Position numbers and translations under genes: made by a program. Below, in pieces: positions 47,391 to 57,091 of a stretch of 64,000 bases of DNA. Location: NCBI GenBank assembly GCA_944391495.1, contig CALXTU010000001.1, forward strand, positions 59,981 through 123,980, read 5' to 3'. The DNA comes from an uncultured Alphaproteobacteria bacterium. GTDB taxonomy: Bacteria; Pseudomonadota; Alphaproteobacteria; RF32; CAG-239. Under the pieces are notes generated by a model. The model ran no database searches, had not been told where the DNA came from, and saw only the letters and a program-made list of their open reading frames with translations. Positions within the stretch are counted from its first letter, which is position 1. Each line of letters starts with the position of its first letter.

Positions 47391-49173
47391 TTTGATTTTG
47401 CTGCTTTGCCTGACATTATCCGGTCAGGCGGCGGCAAAGGTCGTCATAACCGAGGCTTTGGCCTTATCCGGCAAGCCTAAATACGCCGAGAGATTTTCTT
47501 TTTTTGAATATGTCAATCCCAACGCCCCCAAAGGCGGAAAAATAACTTTGCCGGCATACGGACATTTTGACAGTTTTAATCCTTTTATCTTTAAAGGAAT
47601 TGCCTTCAGCGACGGTATAAATCTGACGCTAGAAAGCCTCGGATATACTCCGGTTGACGACCAGACCACCGCTTATCCGCTGTTGGCCAAAAAATTTGAA
47701 ATACCGGACGACCACTCGTTTATCGGCTTTATTTTAAATGAAAAGGCCAGATTTACGGACGGTTCCCCGGTAACGGCAGACGACGTTATTTTCAGCTTTA
47801 ATGCTTTGCTTGAAAAAGGGGCTCCGCTTTATAAAATATATTATCAAGATGTCGAACGGGTGGAAAAAATCGGCAATAATCATATCCGCTTTTATTTCCG
47901 CAAAGGCTCAACCAACCGGGAATTGCCGCTTATTTTGACACAATTCAAAATATTTTCCGCCAAAGACTTTGCCGATAAAGATTTTGCCGCGCCGAGCCTG
48001 ATTCCGCCCTTGGGCAGCGGCCCGTATACCATTGAGAAATTTGAAGTTAATAAATTCGTCGAACTCAAACGCAATCCTGATTATTGGGGAAGAGATCTTT
48101 CGGCGCGCAAGGGCTTTTTTAATTTTGACACCGTACGTTTTGAGTTTTATCAGGATACAACCGTAACGTTGCAGGCTTTGTTTGCCGGCAGTCTTGATGC
48201 CCGTGAGGAATATATAGCCAAAATCTGGGTCAGCGGCTATGACAATAAACAGGTTCGCACAGGCAACATCATTAAGGAGGCTATTCCGCACAATAACCCG
48301 GCGACCTTGCAGTTTTTCGGGTTTAATACCCGGCTGGAAAAATTTGCCGACCGGCGTGTACGCGAGGCTATCGGGCTGGCTTTTAACTTTGAATGGGCCA
48401 ACGAAAAACTTTTTTATAATCAGTACGCGAGACTTTACAGCCTGTTCAGCAATACTGAACTGGCGGCCTCCGGACTGCCGCGGGGCAAAGAAAAGCAAAT
48501 CCTGTCATCTTTCCGCGATGACTTGCCGCCGGATATTTTTGAACAGCCGTTTACACTGCCCGACAACGGAACGCCGCAAAAACAACGGCAAAATCTGCGT
48601 CGGGCCGTCAGCCTGCTACGTGAAGCTGGATATGATTTTGTTGACGGCAAAATGACCAACCTTAAAACGGGGCAGCCTTTGGAAATAGAAGTTCTGGGCA
48701 ATTCGGCAAACGGTTCGTCCTTTACCCGGGTGATGCTCCCCTTTATTGAGAATTTGCGTAAAATCGGCATTAAAATGACTTTTCGCAATCTGGAGGTCAA
48801 TATATTTAAAAACCGGTTGGATAATTTTGAATTTGAAATGGCCATTCTGGCTTATCAGCTGAGCAATCTTCCGGGAAACGAACAAAAAGAAATGTGGGGT
48901 TCGCAGTCGGCCGGCATTAAGGGCTCATTCAATCTGCTGGGGATTCAAAACCCGGTTGTCGACCATCTTATTGACGGGCTCATCAATGCAACCCGGGAAG
49001 AAGACTATTTGGCATATGTTCATGCGCTCGACCGGGTAATCATGCGGGAGCATTATTTTATTCCGCAATGGTTTTCACCGACACAACGCATTGCCTATAA
49101 TAAACGTCTAAAGCACCAAAAAACGACCGTGAAAACCGGTGTTGACATTCACAGCTGGTGGTTGGAGGAGTAA
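47368..49173 (+). CDS. ABC transporter substrate-binding protein, family 5 (YejA/oligopeptide-like)
   Basis: 601 aa, signal peptide. Size and pattern of cluster-C SBPs. Followed by a single YejB-like permease. Confidence 0.7.
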   Translation: MPKIIRNSLILLLCLTLSGQAAAKVVITEALALSGKPKYAERFSFFEYVNPNAPKGGKITLPAYGHFDSFNPFIFKGIAFSDGINLTLESLGYTPVDDQTTAYPLLAKKFEIPDDHSFIGFILNEKARFTDGSPVTADDVIFSFNALLEKGAPLYKIYYQDVERVEKIGNNHIRFYFRKGSTNRELPLILTQFKIFSAKDFADKDFAAPSLIPPLGSGPYTIEKFEVNKFVELKRNPDYWGRDLSARKGFFNFDTVRFEFYQDTTVTLQALFAGSLDAREEYIAKIWVSGYDNKQVRTGNIIKEAIPHNNPATLQFFGFNTRLEKFADRRVREAIGLAFNFEWANEKLFYNQYARLYSLFSNTELAASGLPRGKEKQILSSFRDDLPPDIFEQPFTLPDNGTPQKQRQNLRRAVSLLREAGYDFVDGKMTNLKTGQPLEIEVLGNSANGSSFTRVMLPFIENLRKIGIKMTFRNLEVNIFKNRLDNFEFEMAILAYQLSNLPGNEQKEMWGSQSAGIKGSFNLLGIQNPVVDHLIDGLINATREEDYLAYVHALDRVIMREHYFIPQWFSPTQRIAYNKRLKHQKTTVKTGVDIHSWWLEE

Positions 49174-49178
49174 AGCAG

Positions 49179-50261
49179 ATGCGAAATTACATTATCAAAA
49201 GACTGCTGCTGATACCGATTACCCTGCTCGGAATTTTGGCGCTTAATTTTGTTATTGTCCAGTTTGCACCGGGCGGACCGGTTGAATATGTGCTGGCAAA
49301 ATATCGCGGCATGAATACGGAGGCAACCGGGGCTATATCCGGCAGCGGCACCGCGGCCATGGAAAGCAGCGGCGGCGGAAAATATCAGGGGGCTTCGGGG
49401 GTTCCGGAAGAACTGGTTAAAGAACTCGAAAAACAATTCGGCTTCGACAAGCCTGCCTATATCCGCTTTGCCAAAATGGTTAAAGATTATGCGATGTTTG
49501 ATTTCGGCAAAAGTTTTTACCGTGACAAAACCGTCGGCAATCTTATTCTGGAAAGAATGCCGGTTTCGGTGTCGCTCGGATTGTGGTCTACGTTGATTAT
49601 TTATCTGATAGCTATTCCGCTCGGTATTCGCAAAGCCGTTTATGACGGATCAAAATTTGATATCGTTACGTCATTTGCCGTGGTTATCGGCTCGGCTATT
49701 CCGGTATTCTTATTTGCGGTTTTTCTGATTGTCTTTTTTGCCGGGGGAACTTACTTCAGCTGGTTTCCGCTGCACGGTCTGACATCGGATAACTGGAGCG
49801 AATTATCGCTTTTGGGAAAAATCGGAGATTATTTTCATCATATCATTTTGCCGGTTACGGCAATGGTCGTCGGCGGATTTGCCTCGTTAACCATGCTGAC
49901 GAAAAATTCTTTTCTTGACGAGATAAACAAGCCCTATGTCCTGACCGCCCGCGCCAAGGGCTTAAGCCAGCATCAGGTACTCTACGGGCATATTTTCCGC
50001 AATGCCATGCTGGTCGTCATTGCGGGATTTCCGTCGATGCTTATTAAAATGCTGTTTACCGGCTCACTGCTGATTGAAGTTATTTTCTCGCTCAACGGTA
50101 TCGGCCTGCTGGGATATGAGGCAATTATGACGCGCGATTATCCGGTTATTTTCGGTACAATGTATATTTTTGCGCTTATCGGCCTTGTTCTGAAATTAAT
50201 TTCCGACATTACATACTGCCTGATAGACCCGCGGATTAATTTTGAAGCAAGAACGGTCTAG
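49179..50261 (+). CDS. ABC transporter permease (YejB/DppB-like)
   Basis: GGAGGAG RBS before ATG 49179 (MRNYIIKRLLL). Six TM segments with the EAA-like loop (...LTARAKGLSQHQVLYGHIFRNA...). Confidence 0.8.
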   Translation: MRNYIIKRLLLIPITLLGILALNFVIVQFAPGGPVEYVLAKYRGMNTEATGAISGSGTAAMESSGGGKYQGASGVPEELVKELEKQFGFDKPAYIRFAKMVKDYAMFDFGKSFYRDKTVGNLILERMPVSVSLGLWSTLIIYLIAIPLGIRKAVYDGSKFDIVTSFAVVIGSAIPVFLFAVFLIVFFAGGTYFSWFPLHGLTSDNWSELSLLGKIGDYFHHIILPVTAMVVGGFASLTMLTKNSFLDEINKPYVLTARAKGLSQHQVLYGHIFRNAMLVVIAGFPSMLIKMLFTGSLLIEVIFSLNGIGLLGYEAIMTRDYPVIFGTMYIFALIGLVLKLISDITYCLIDPRINFEARTV

Positions 50262-51646
50262 TTTCTGGTATTGGAGCTGCCGCCAAGCAGTTTATGGATT
50301 GTTTCTTCCAACGAAGCCTCACGATTGCTTTCGATAATTTCGATGATTTCCAGCTCCTGTTTATCCAGACGACGGCTGATACCGAGAGAATCGTAATACT
50401 GTTTGGCGCTGTTATAGAGTTTTGCTGCCTGCAGGCTGTTGCCCTCGGCATACAGATGCTCCGATAAATGCTTGTTAGCATTGGCAATTTCGGCAATATC
50501 AATTTCACCGTCGGCAAAGTTAAGAACATTTTGATATGCCCAGGCGGCTTTAGACGATGAATTGGCCTTTTTATAGACATCACCTAAGCGGCTCCAGGCC
50601 GTAACATTGGCAGACTGCAGTTCTATGGCCAGTTCATATGCCGAGGTCGCCAGCATAATATCATTAATTTCTGACAAAGAACCAAAACAACACGCATAAG
50701 CCGAAACTTCGCTGTAAATTTTTTGGCGCTTTTCTTCCGAGGCGGAAGCGTTTGCCCGATCAATATTTTCATCCATTAGATTTTCTAACAAAGCCAACGC
50801 TAAAGACGGATCACCGTTGGCTAAATGATACAGCGCCTGTTCTTCATCGGGGAGTTCGGCATATTTTTCCAGTTGGCCGAATTTACCGGAAAGACAAACG
50901 CTTATAAAATATTTAACGCCGTCAATGGTTTTCAGAATTTCGTTTTCATCAGCCAGTCCCCGACTCTTGTAATTGAGCGTTTGGGCGATTTTCAGGTCAT
51001 CAACACCGCGGCCGAGCATATCCATGGCCAACCCCAGTAATTCTCCGAGTTCTTTACGACTTTGCTGATAAGATAATGTCGCCTGACTGATTTCTGCCGT
51101 TGCGGCCAATTCGGCCGGCGGTATTCTGCCCTTTTGCCAGTCCAGATCTATCCCAACTTTGTTTTTGCCGCGTTCCCGAGAACGTTCCTTATTCTGTTTT
51201 TCTTTTTTTTCGTTTTCTGCTTCTTTTTTAGCCTTTTTTTGTTCGTCTTTTTCTTTTTTGCTTTGCTCTTTTTTCTTCTGTTCTTCTTCAACGCGTTCTT
51301 TTTCCCGACGTTCGGCCAAGGCCAGATCAAGCTCTTTTTGCAGTTCGCGTTCAAGCTCCTGCTGCTCGTCATTGTTAAACAGATTGATCAGTTTATCATC
51401 TTCGGAAGCATTTTCGTCATCAATATTTTTTTGCGGATTATTGCTTCTTACAAAGAAAATGATATTGCGGACATAAATGATAATAATTAAAAACAGGAAC
51501 AAAATCAAAGCCAGCATCATTAAAATCAACGAGACGACTTTTATATTGCTCGCGCCGGCAAGATAAGCATCCACGGCCTGAGTCAAAAAATCAAACTTTA
51601 GCGATACCAAAGTTATAAAATCCATGGATACAAGTTGTTCTATCAT
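50258..51646 (-). CDS. Membrane-anchored protein with Lys/Glu-rich low-complexity region and TPR-like C-terminal domain
   Basis: N-terminal TM (VVSLILMMLALILFLFLIIIIYV). About 90 aa of EKKEK/KEQSKKEK charged repeats encoded by a purine-rich tract (51130-51330). Helical TPR-like repeats C-terminally. Confidence 0.5.
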   Translation of the reverse strand: MIEQLVSMDFITLVSLKFDFLTQAVDAYLAGASNIKVVSLILMMLALILFLFLIIIIYVRNIIFFVRSNNPQKNIDDENASEDDKLINLFNNDEQQELERELQKELDLALAERREKERVEEEQKKKEQSKKEKDEQKKAKKEAENEKKEKQNKERSRERGKNKVGIDLDWQKGRIPPAELAATAEISQATLSYQQSRKELGELLGLAMDMLGRGVDDLKIAQTLNYKSRGLADENEILKTIDGVKYFISVCLSGKFGQLEKYAELPDEEQALYHLANGDPSLALALLENLMDENIDRANASASEEKRQKIYSEVSAYACCFGSLSEINDIMLATSAYELAIELQSANVTAWSRLGDVYKKANSSSKAAWAYQNVLNFADGEIDIAEIANANKHLSEHLYAEGNSLQAAKLYNSAKQYYDSLGISRRLDKQELEIIEIIESNREASLEETIHKLLGGSSNTRN

Positions 51647-51699
51647 CCTTTCTCAACCATTTACAAAAACTTTTTTTATCTTATAATAGTCATTGTAAA

Positions 51700-52500
51700 G
51701 TGCAACTTACTACAAACAAATTAACAATGGGTTACCTAAGTCAAAAAAAACACCAGGCCCGGGAAAATATCATCTTTCTTACTGCGGCCGCCATTGTAAT
51801 TCTTTTAACCGCAGGCAGCTTTGCCAACCCGGGGTTTTGTTTCGGCTTTTTTAATCTGTTTCATCTTTTCTGCTTGTCCGGATTGTTGTTTTTATATGCC
51901 TTGTGGCGGCGGAAATATAAATTTATTTTGTTTTTTGCTTTGGCGTGGCTGATAAATTACACGACATTATCATCGGCGGTCAATATTTTTTTATCGGATG
52001 AGTTTAACGGCAAACGGCAACTAAAGCTTGAATTTGCACCCGGACAGGAGCTTGCAGCTCTTTTCAAACAAGAAGATATTGCGGCATCCGGTTCTTTGAT
52101 TATTGCCGGAAAATATACGGCCTCTTATGTCGTTGTCGGACGAGATGAACCGCTGACCATTATTCAGGTTGAGTTTGTTAAAATTCCGGATAATAAATAT
52201 CCTTTGATTTTTAAACATTTATCAGATTTTATTTTACGACAGGATACGCCGGTTATCGTGTTCGGTGAGTTCGGCATTCCGGCCTGGAACCGGTCATTTA
52301 AACAATTTCTGGATATTTCGGGTTTATCGGTCAAAAACAGACTGCTGTTTACGCAAAACTCTCCGTACAACATTTTCTCCGTTCCAGGGTTTTATGTTTT
52401 GGGTTTCAGAGAAATGGGGGTTAACGATATTTCTGTCGGCCAAAAGGACGGGAAACGTATTGTCCGCATTCTGGTATCTTTTAATCCAGAACAGCCCTGA
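51700..52500 (+). CDS. Hypothetical membrane protein
   Basis: Three or four N-terminal TM helices and a ~170-aa soluble C-domain. No motif recognised. Confidence 0.35.
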   Translation: MQLTTNKLTMGYLSQKKHQARENIIFLTAAAIVILLTAGSFANPGFCFGFFNLFHLFCLSGLLFLYALWRRKYKFILFFALAWLINYTTLSSAVNIFLSDEFNGKRQLKLEFAPGQELAALFKQEDIAASGSLIIAGKYTASYVVVGRDEPLTIIQVEFVKIPDNKYPLIFKHLSDFILRQDTPVIVFGEFGIPAWNRSFKQFLDISGLSVKNRLLFTQNSPYNIFSVPGFYVLGFREMGVNDISVGQKDGKRIVRILVSFNPEQP

Positions 52501-53896
52501 TACGCTCATACAATTCATTATCCGCATCTTTGGCATAAGCAAGCGCCGCCTCAAGATTTTTGCGGGCGGCAGAAATATTGCCGCATTGTTTCTCAGCCGC
52601 CGCCAGATTGGCATAATCAACCGCTATGCCGGCCGAACGATTGTCGGAGAGCTCATGTTTTAATGCCTGGTTGAAAATTGTCCTGGCCCGGCCGATTTTT
52701 CCCGTTTGCAGTAAAATCAACCCCAAAAGCGTGTAGGCGTCGGCAATGTGAAAACAACTTTGATGATACGGGACTTTGCGGATAATACCGCGCAAAATTG
52801 TTTCGGCCTCGTTAAAGTCCTGCTGCCGAAAATTCGCTTCGGCTGCCAGATATAAAGCCTCAAACCCGGCCGCGAAATTATGTTCGGAAAAATATTTGTC
52901 AGCGGCATCTGCAGCCTTTCGGGCGGCCGAGCGCCATTTTTCGCCGGCCAGTTCCGTCCGGGCCAAGACCTCCGCGGCCAAGGCCAGACCGCCGGAGGTT
53001 TTATGACCGGCGGCAGCCCTACGCGCCAGAGCTGCCGCTTCTCTGATTTTATTCTGCCGCAGCAAAATCATGGCTTTTTGACTGAGAATAAAATAACCGT
53101 TTTCAGAATCTTTGATGCGATTATAAATCTCTTCTGCCCGCAACATATAATCAAACGCTTCAGAAAGCCGATCCTGAGCAGACATCAAAAGCCCTAAGGT
53201 CCCCAAGGTTTCAGCCTCATACCGGTCGGCAGACAAAGCCCGAAACAGTTTGAGAGCCGACCGCAGCATTAATTCGGCCGTATCAAAAATTCCCGCCACC
53301 CGGTAAATCGTTCCCTGAAGAAAATAAACGGAAGCCTCCTCAAACAAAAATCGATGTTTTTGAAAAAAATTCAAAGCGGCGGCAGCCTCTACCGATGCGG
53401 TATGTAAGTCTCCTTCAAAAAGCGCCAATTTGGCGGTATTTAAAGACTGCAATGCCCGGCATTCTCCCTTCAGTTTAAAAGCTTTGGTTTTATACAGAGC
53501 AGCCCGGGCGGCCTCGTGGCGGTGATATTCCCAAAAAAAGCCGCATTGCATCAGATAATACAAAGCATCCCCTGCTGCCGACCGGTTTATTTTTCCGGAC
53601 ATCATCAGGCACAATTTGTCCCGCAGGCAGCCGTTATCCAGTTTTTGAGCCAAAATCTTAAAATTCCCCTTCACCGCTAAATCAAGGAGTTCTTTCCGGC
53701 GAGAACATTTTTGCCGTAATATAAAATCGGCTAGCTCATTAACGGCAGAAGTTGAAAAAAAAGCTGCACCCATTATCTTTTTGCCGATAATCTGCCGTAA
53801 AAAAAGCCGTTTCATCATCACAAAACGGCGCACCGTCAAAAATACGGCTGCTGCGAACAATCCGAATAACAAAAATAACACCAAATATTGCATCAA
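52481..53896 (-). CDS. TPR-repeat protein with N-terminal TM anchor
   Basis: N-terminal hydrophobic helix then at least eight 34-residue TPR-like repeats with the recurrent A..Y...A/G pattern. Confidence 0.6.
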   Translation of the reverse strand: MMQYLVLFLLFGLFAAAVFLTVRRFVMMKRLFLRQIIGKKIMGAAFFSTSAVNELADFILRQKCSRRKELLDLAVKGNFKILAQKLDNGCLRDKLCLMMSGKINRSAAGDALYYLMQCGFFWEYHRHEAARAALYKTKAFKLKGECRALQSLNTAKLALFEGDLHTASVEAAAALNFFQKHRFLFEEASVYFLQGTIYRVAGIFDTAELMLRSALKLFRALSADRYEAETLGTLGLLMSAQDRLSEAFDYMLRAEEIYNRIKDSENGYFILSQKAMILLRQNKIREAAALARRAAAGHKTSGGLALAAEVLARTELAGEKWRSAARKAADAADKYFSEHNFAAGFEALYLAAEANFRQQDFNEAETILRGIIRKVPYHQSCFHIADAYTLLGLILLQTGKIGRARTIFNQALKHELSDNRSAGIAVDYANLAAAEKQCGNISAARKNLEAALAYAKDADNELYERIRAVLD

Positions 53897-53985
53897 AAAC
53901 GTTTTCTTTACTCAAAATTAGGGTTTGCAGATATATTATTCATACAATAGCTTATCAAAATTTTAATGTATAGGGGTTTTTTACC

Positions 53986-56415
53986 ATGAGCATTACCAAA
54001 CTGCAGCCAGATCAATTATATACCCGGTGCGATCCGCAAAAATTCAAGTTTTCTTCCACCGCCGAGCTGGAAGAAAGGCTTTCGGCCTTAGGACAAGACA
54101 GGGCGTTGGCTGCCGTTGAAATCGGTATTAATATTCAGTCAAAGGGATATAACCTGTTTTGTCTCGGCCCCGAAGGAACCGGAAAAAGCTCCCTGGTCAA
54201 ACGCGTCTTGGCAAAAGAGGCAAAAAAGCGCCCCACGCCAGATGACTGGGCTTATGTTTATAATTTTGACGAGCCTTATAAACCACAGGCTATTTCTTTT
54301 CCGGCGGGAACGGCCTCTGATTTTGCCAAAGATATTGATAAGCTGATTGAAACTTTTGCCGCTGCCATTCCGGCGATTTTTGAAAGCGATGAATATAAAG
54401 CCGGTCTGAATATCATTCAGGAAAAATATAAGCAGTCCAAAGAAAAATATATCAAAATGCTGCAAAAAAAGGCCAAAGGCAAGAGTGTTTCCCTTTTGCA
54501 TATGCCGGTCGGACTGGTGGTTGCCCCGGTTAAAAACGGCGAAGTTTTAAGCCCGGAGGCCTTTGAAGAGCTGCCGGAAGAAGAAAAGAAACAGCTGATT
54601 GACGATTTGAACCAAATGCAGGTCGAAATCGAAAACTCGGCCAGAGATTTGCCGGCCTGGGAGGATAAGCAACGCGATGAAACCAACCGACTGCGCATCC
54701 GTTTCTTAAAAGAAGCGGTCAAAGGGCCGATTGACGAGCTGCACGCCAAGTACAAAGGCCACAAGCAAGCCAATGATTTCTTGAAACGTATTCAAAAATA
54801 TATTCTGGAAAACGTAGAGGAATTTCTGCCGTCGGCAGAGCCGGCCGCACCGGCCGAAGGTGAAGATCCGTTAAGCACTTTGCTCTCAAAAATCAAACAA
54901 CCGGAAGAAGACAAATATACCAAATTTAAGGTTAACGTTATTGTCAAAAACGAACCCGGCGCCGGCGCACCGATTATTCACCTCGACCACCCGACACAGG
55001 GAAATCTGGTCGGCAAAGTTGAGAGAATCCAACAATATGGTGCCCTTTTGACCGACTTTACCTTAATCAAGGCCGGTGCCCTGCATCAGGCCAACGGCGG
55101 TTTTTTGCTGATTGACGCCCGCAAGCTTTTGATGCAGCCCTTTGCCTGGGATTCACTCAAACGTGCCATTGCCTCAAAGCTCATCAAAATTGAGGCGCCG
55201 AGTGAAGAGACCTCGTTTACGACCATTTCTCTTGATCCGCAGCCGATACCGCTGCGCGTCAAAATCATTTTGACCGGCGATGCTGATCTTTATGAGCTTT
55301 TGAGCGAACGGGATCCTGATTTTTCCGATTATTTCAAGGTGGAAGCCGACTTTGGTATTCTGATGGACCGGACGGAAGAAAATGAAATCGAATATGCCAA
55401 GCTCATCGGCTCACTGTCAAAAAAGAAGCACTTGCGTTCTCTCAACCGGCAGGCCGTGGCCAAAGTTATCGAATATTCGTCGCGCCTGGCCGAAAGCTCG
55501 GAAAAACTGACGGCACATATTTCTTCCATCGGTGATCTTTTGCGTGAGGCCGACTATTGGGCGCGCAAATCAAAATCGACACATATCGGTAAAACCCATA
55601 TCGACCAGGCAATCAGCGCCCAGTTATATCGCGGCGGACGTATCAAAGACGCCATGCTTGAACAAATCGACAAAGGGACAATCCTTATTGACATCAAAGG
55701 CAAAAAGGTCGGGCAAATCAACGGACTGGTCGTTTACAATTTTTCGCGTAACAGTTTCGGTAAGCCGGCGCGGATTACCGCCCAGGTCAGAATCGGCAAG
55801 GGCGAGTTTGTTAATATTGAGCGCGAAGTGGAAATGAGCGGACCGATACACAGCAAAGGCGTTTTAATTTTGGAAAGTCTGCTGGCCAACCGTTTTGCCA
55901 AATACTGCCCGTTGTCTTTGACGGCTTCCATCGTATTTGAGCAGTCTTACGGCGGCGTGGACGGCGACAGCGCCTCCTCAACCGAATATTACTGCCTGTT
56001 GTCTGCCATTTCGGGAATCCCGATTAAACAAAATATTGCCGTTACCGGTTCGATCAACCAGTTTGGCGAAATTCAGCCGATCGGCGGCGTTAACGAAAAG
56101 ATTGAAGGCTTTTTCGACGTCTGCTCGCATCAGGGACTGACCGGGGATCAGGGTGTGATTATTCCGCGCACCAACGTAGCCGATTTGATGCTGCGGGAAG
56201 ACGTCATTCAGGCCGTTGAGGACGGAAAATTCAACATCTATGCCGTAGATACGGTTGACGACGGAATTGAAATTTTGACCGGGATGAGAGCCGGAATTGC
56301 CGATAAAAACGGCAATTATCCGAAGAAAAGCGTTAATTATGCCGTACAGCAGGGGCTCAATTACTTTTACAAATGTTATGCCCGTTATGCTAAGGAAACA
56401 CACGGCTGCCTTTAA
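53986..56415 (+). CDS. Lon-like ATP-dependent protease (AAA+ module plus S16 Lon protease domain; LonB/LonC/YcbZ-like, no N-terminal LAN domain)
   Basis: Walker A GPEGTGKSS. C-terminal Lon protease domain with Ser in GGVDGDSASS and downstream catalytic Lys region (GSINQFGEIQPIGGVNEKIEGF). Confidence 0.75.
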   Translation: MSITKLQPDQLYTRCDPQKFKFSSTAELEERLSALGQDRALAAVEIGINIQSKGYNLFCLGPEGTGKSSLVKRVLAKEAKKRPTPDDWAYVYNFDEPYKPQAISFPAGTASDFAKDIDKLIETFAAAIPAIFESDEYKAGLNIIQEKYKQSKEKYIKMLQKKAKGKSVSLLHMPVGLVVAPVKNGEVLSPEAFEELPEEEKKQLIDDLNQMQVEIENSARDLPAWEDKQRDETNRLRIRFLKEAVKGPIDELHAKYKGHKQANDFLKRIQKYILENVEEFLPSAEPAAPAEGEDPLSTLLSKIKQPEEDKYTKFKVNVIVKNEPGAGAPIIHLDHPTQGNLVGKVERIQQYGALLTDFTLIKAGALHQANGGFLLIDARKLLMQPFAWDSLKRAIASKLIKIEAPSEETSFTTISLDPQPIPLRVKIILTGDADLYELLSERDPDFSDYFKVEADFGILMDRTEENEIEYAKLIGSLSKKKHLRSLNRQAVAKVIEYSSRLAESSEKLTAHISSIGDLLREADYWARKSKSTHIGKTHIDQAISAQLYRGGRIKDAMLEQIDKGTILIDIKGKKVGQINGLVVYNFSRNSFGKPARITAQVRIGKGEFVNIEREVEMSGPIHSKGVLILESLLANRFAKYCPLSLTASIVFEQSYGGVDGDSASSTEYYCLLSAISGIPIKQNIAVTGSINQFGEIQPIGGVNEKIEGFFDVCSHQGLTGDQGVIIPRTNVADLMLREDVIQAVEDGKFNIYAVDTVDDGIEILTGMRAGIADKNGNYPKKSVNYAVQQGLNYFYKCYARYAKETHGCL

Positions 56416-56426
56416 TATCAAATTCC

Positions 56427-56462
56427 TGCCGGAGCCGCGTTCTTAAAAACACGGCTCCGGCT
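56427..56462. terminator. Bidirectional intrinsic terminator
   Basis: ccggagccgcg-ttcttaaaaa-cacggctccgg between the convergent Lon-like gene and the regulator gene. Confidence 0.75.
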
Positions 56463-56476
56463 TCTAGGGAGCATCG

Positions 56477-57091
56477 TTAAGTTTTAAGCTGATAACCGCC
56501 GTCGGAAGTCAGAATAAGCTGTGCCGAGACATCATCTTGCTCGACCTTTTGGCGCAAGCGGTAAATATGGGTTTCGACCGTGTGGGTATCTGCATCGGCG
56601 GCATAGCCCCAAACTTCCTGCATCAGATCATTTTTGCCGATAATACGGTCTTTGTTTTTGTACAGATATTTGATGACCGCCACTTCTTTTTCGGTCAGCT
56701 TGGTGGTTTCATTATTGCGACAATTCAGAATCTCTTTGCGTGCCGGATAAAGAATATACCGGTTAAATTCCAGATATCCGTCTGCCGAATTTTCAAAAAT
56801 ATTCATAGCCGCCTTAATACTGTCCAAAAACCGGCTCAGGCTCAACGGTTTGACCATTATCCGGTAAACGTTTTCGCCATCAAAATCATCTTCCGAAGTC
56901 AGAAAAATCAGCGGCGCTTTCAAATCCTTTTGCAGCAAATCTTCCAGCACATTTTTATTCTCATCAACCACGACGACATCGGCGGCAGCGGCATCGTCCG
57001 TCAGGCTGAACTCCGGGGCATGATGTTCTATCTGATCCAGAATATCGGTTTTGAAAACTTCGTTGTCGGACAAAAACAAAATATCAGGCAT
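56477..57091 (-). CDS. OmpR-family winged-helix transcriptional regulator with atypical receiver domain
   Basis: C-terminal trans_reg_C (LTEKEVAVIKYLYKNKDRIIGKNDLMQEVWG...THTVETHIYRLRQKV). The receiver keeps a candidate phospho-acceptor Asp (VVVVDENK) but its acidic pocket is degenerate (LSDNE). Confidence 0.7.
   Translation of the reverse strand: MPDILFLSDNEVFKTDILDQIEHHAPEFSLTDDAAAADVVVVDENKNVLEDLLQKDLKAPLIFLTSEDDFDGENVYRIMVKPLSLSRFLDSIKAAMNIFENSADGYLEFNRYILYPARKEILNCRNNETTKLTEKEVAVIKYLYKNKDRIIGKNDLMQEVWGYAADADTHTVETHIYRLRQKVEQDDVSAQLILTSDGGYQLKT

Noticed and set aside
51134-51490. 118-aa and 105-aa Phe/Ser-rich plus-strand ORFs, and the 74-aa Lys-rich minus-strand ORF 51148-51372
   Set aside because: Products of the polypurine/polypyrimidine tract read in wrong frames or on the wrong strand. 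The long minus-strand ORF 50258-51646 with TM plus TPR architecture is the credible gene.
53986-56415. Lon-like protease as a BREX BrxL defence component
   Set aside because: No BrxA/B/C, PglX or PglZ neighbours. The context is a regulator plus porin. More consistent with a LonB/LonC-type stand-alone protease.
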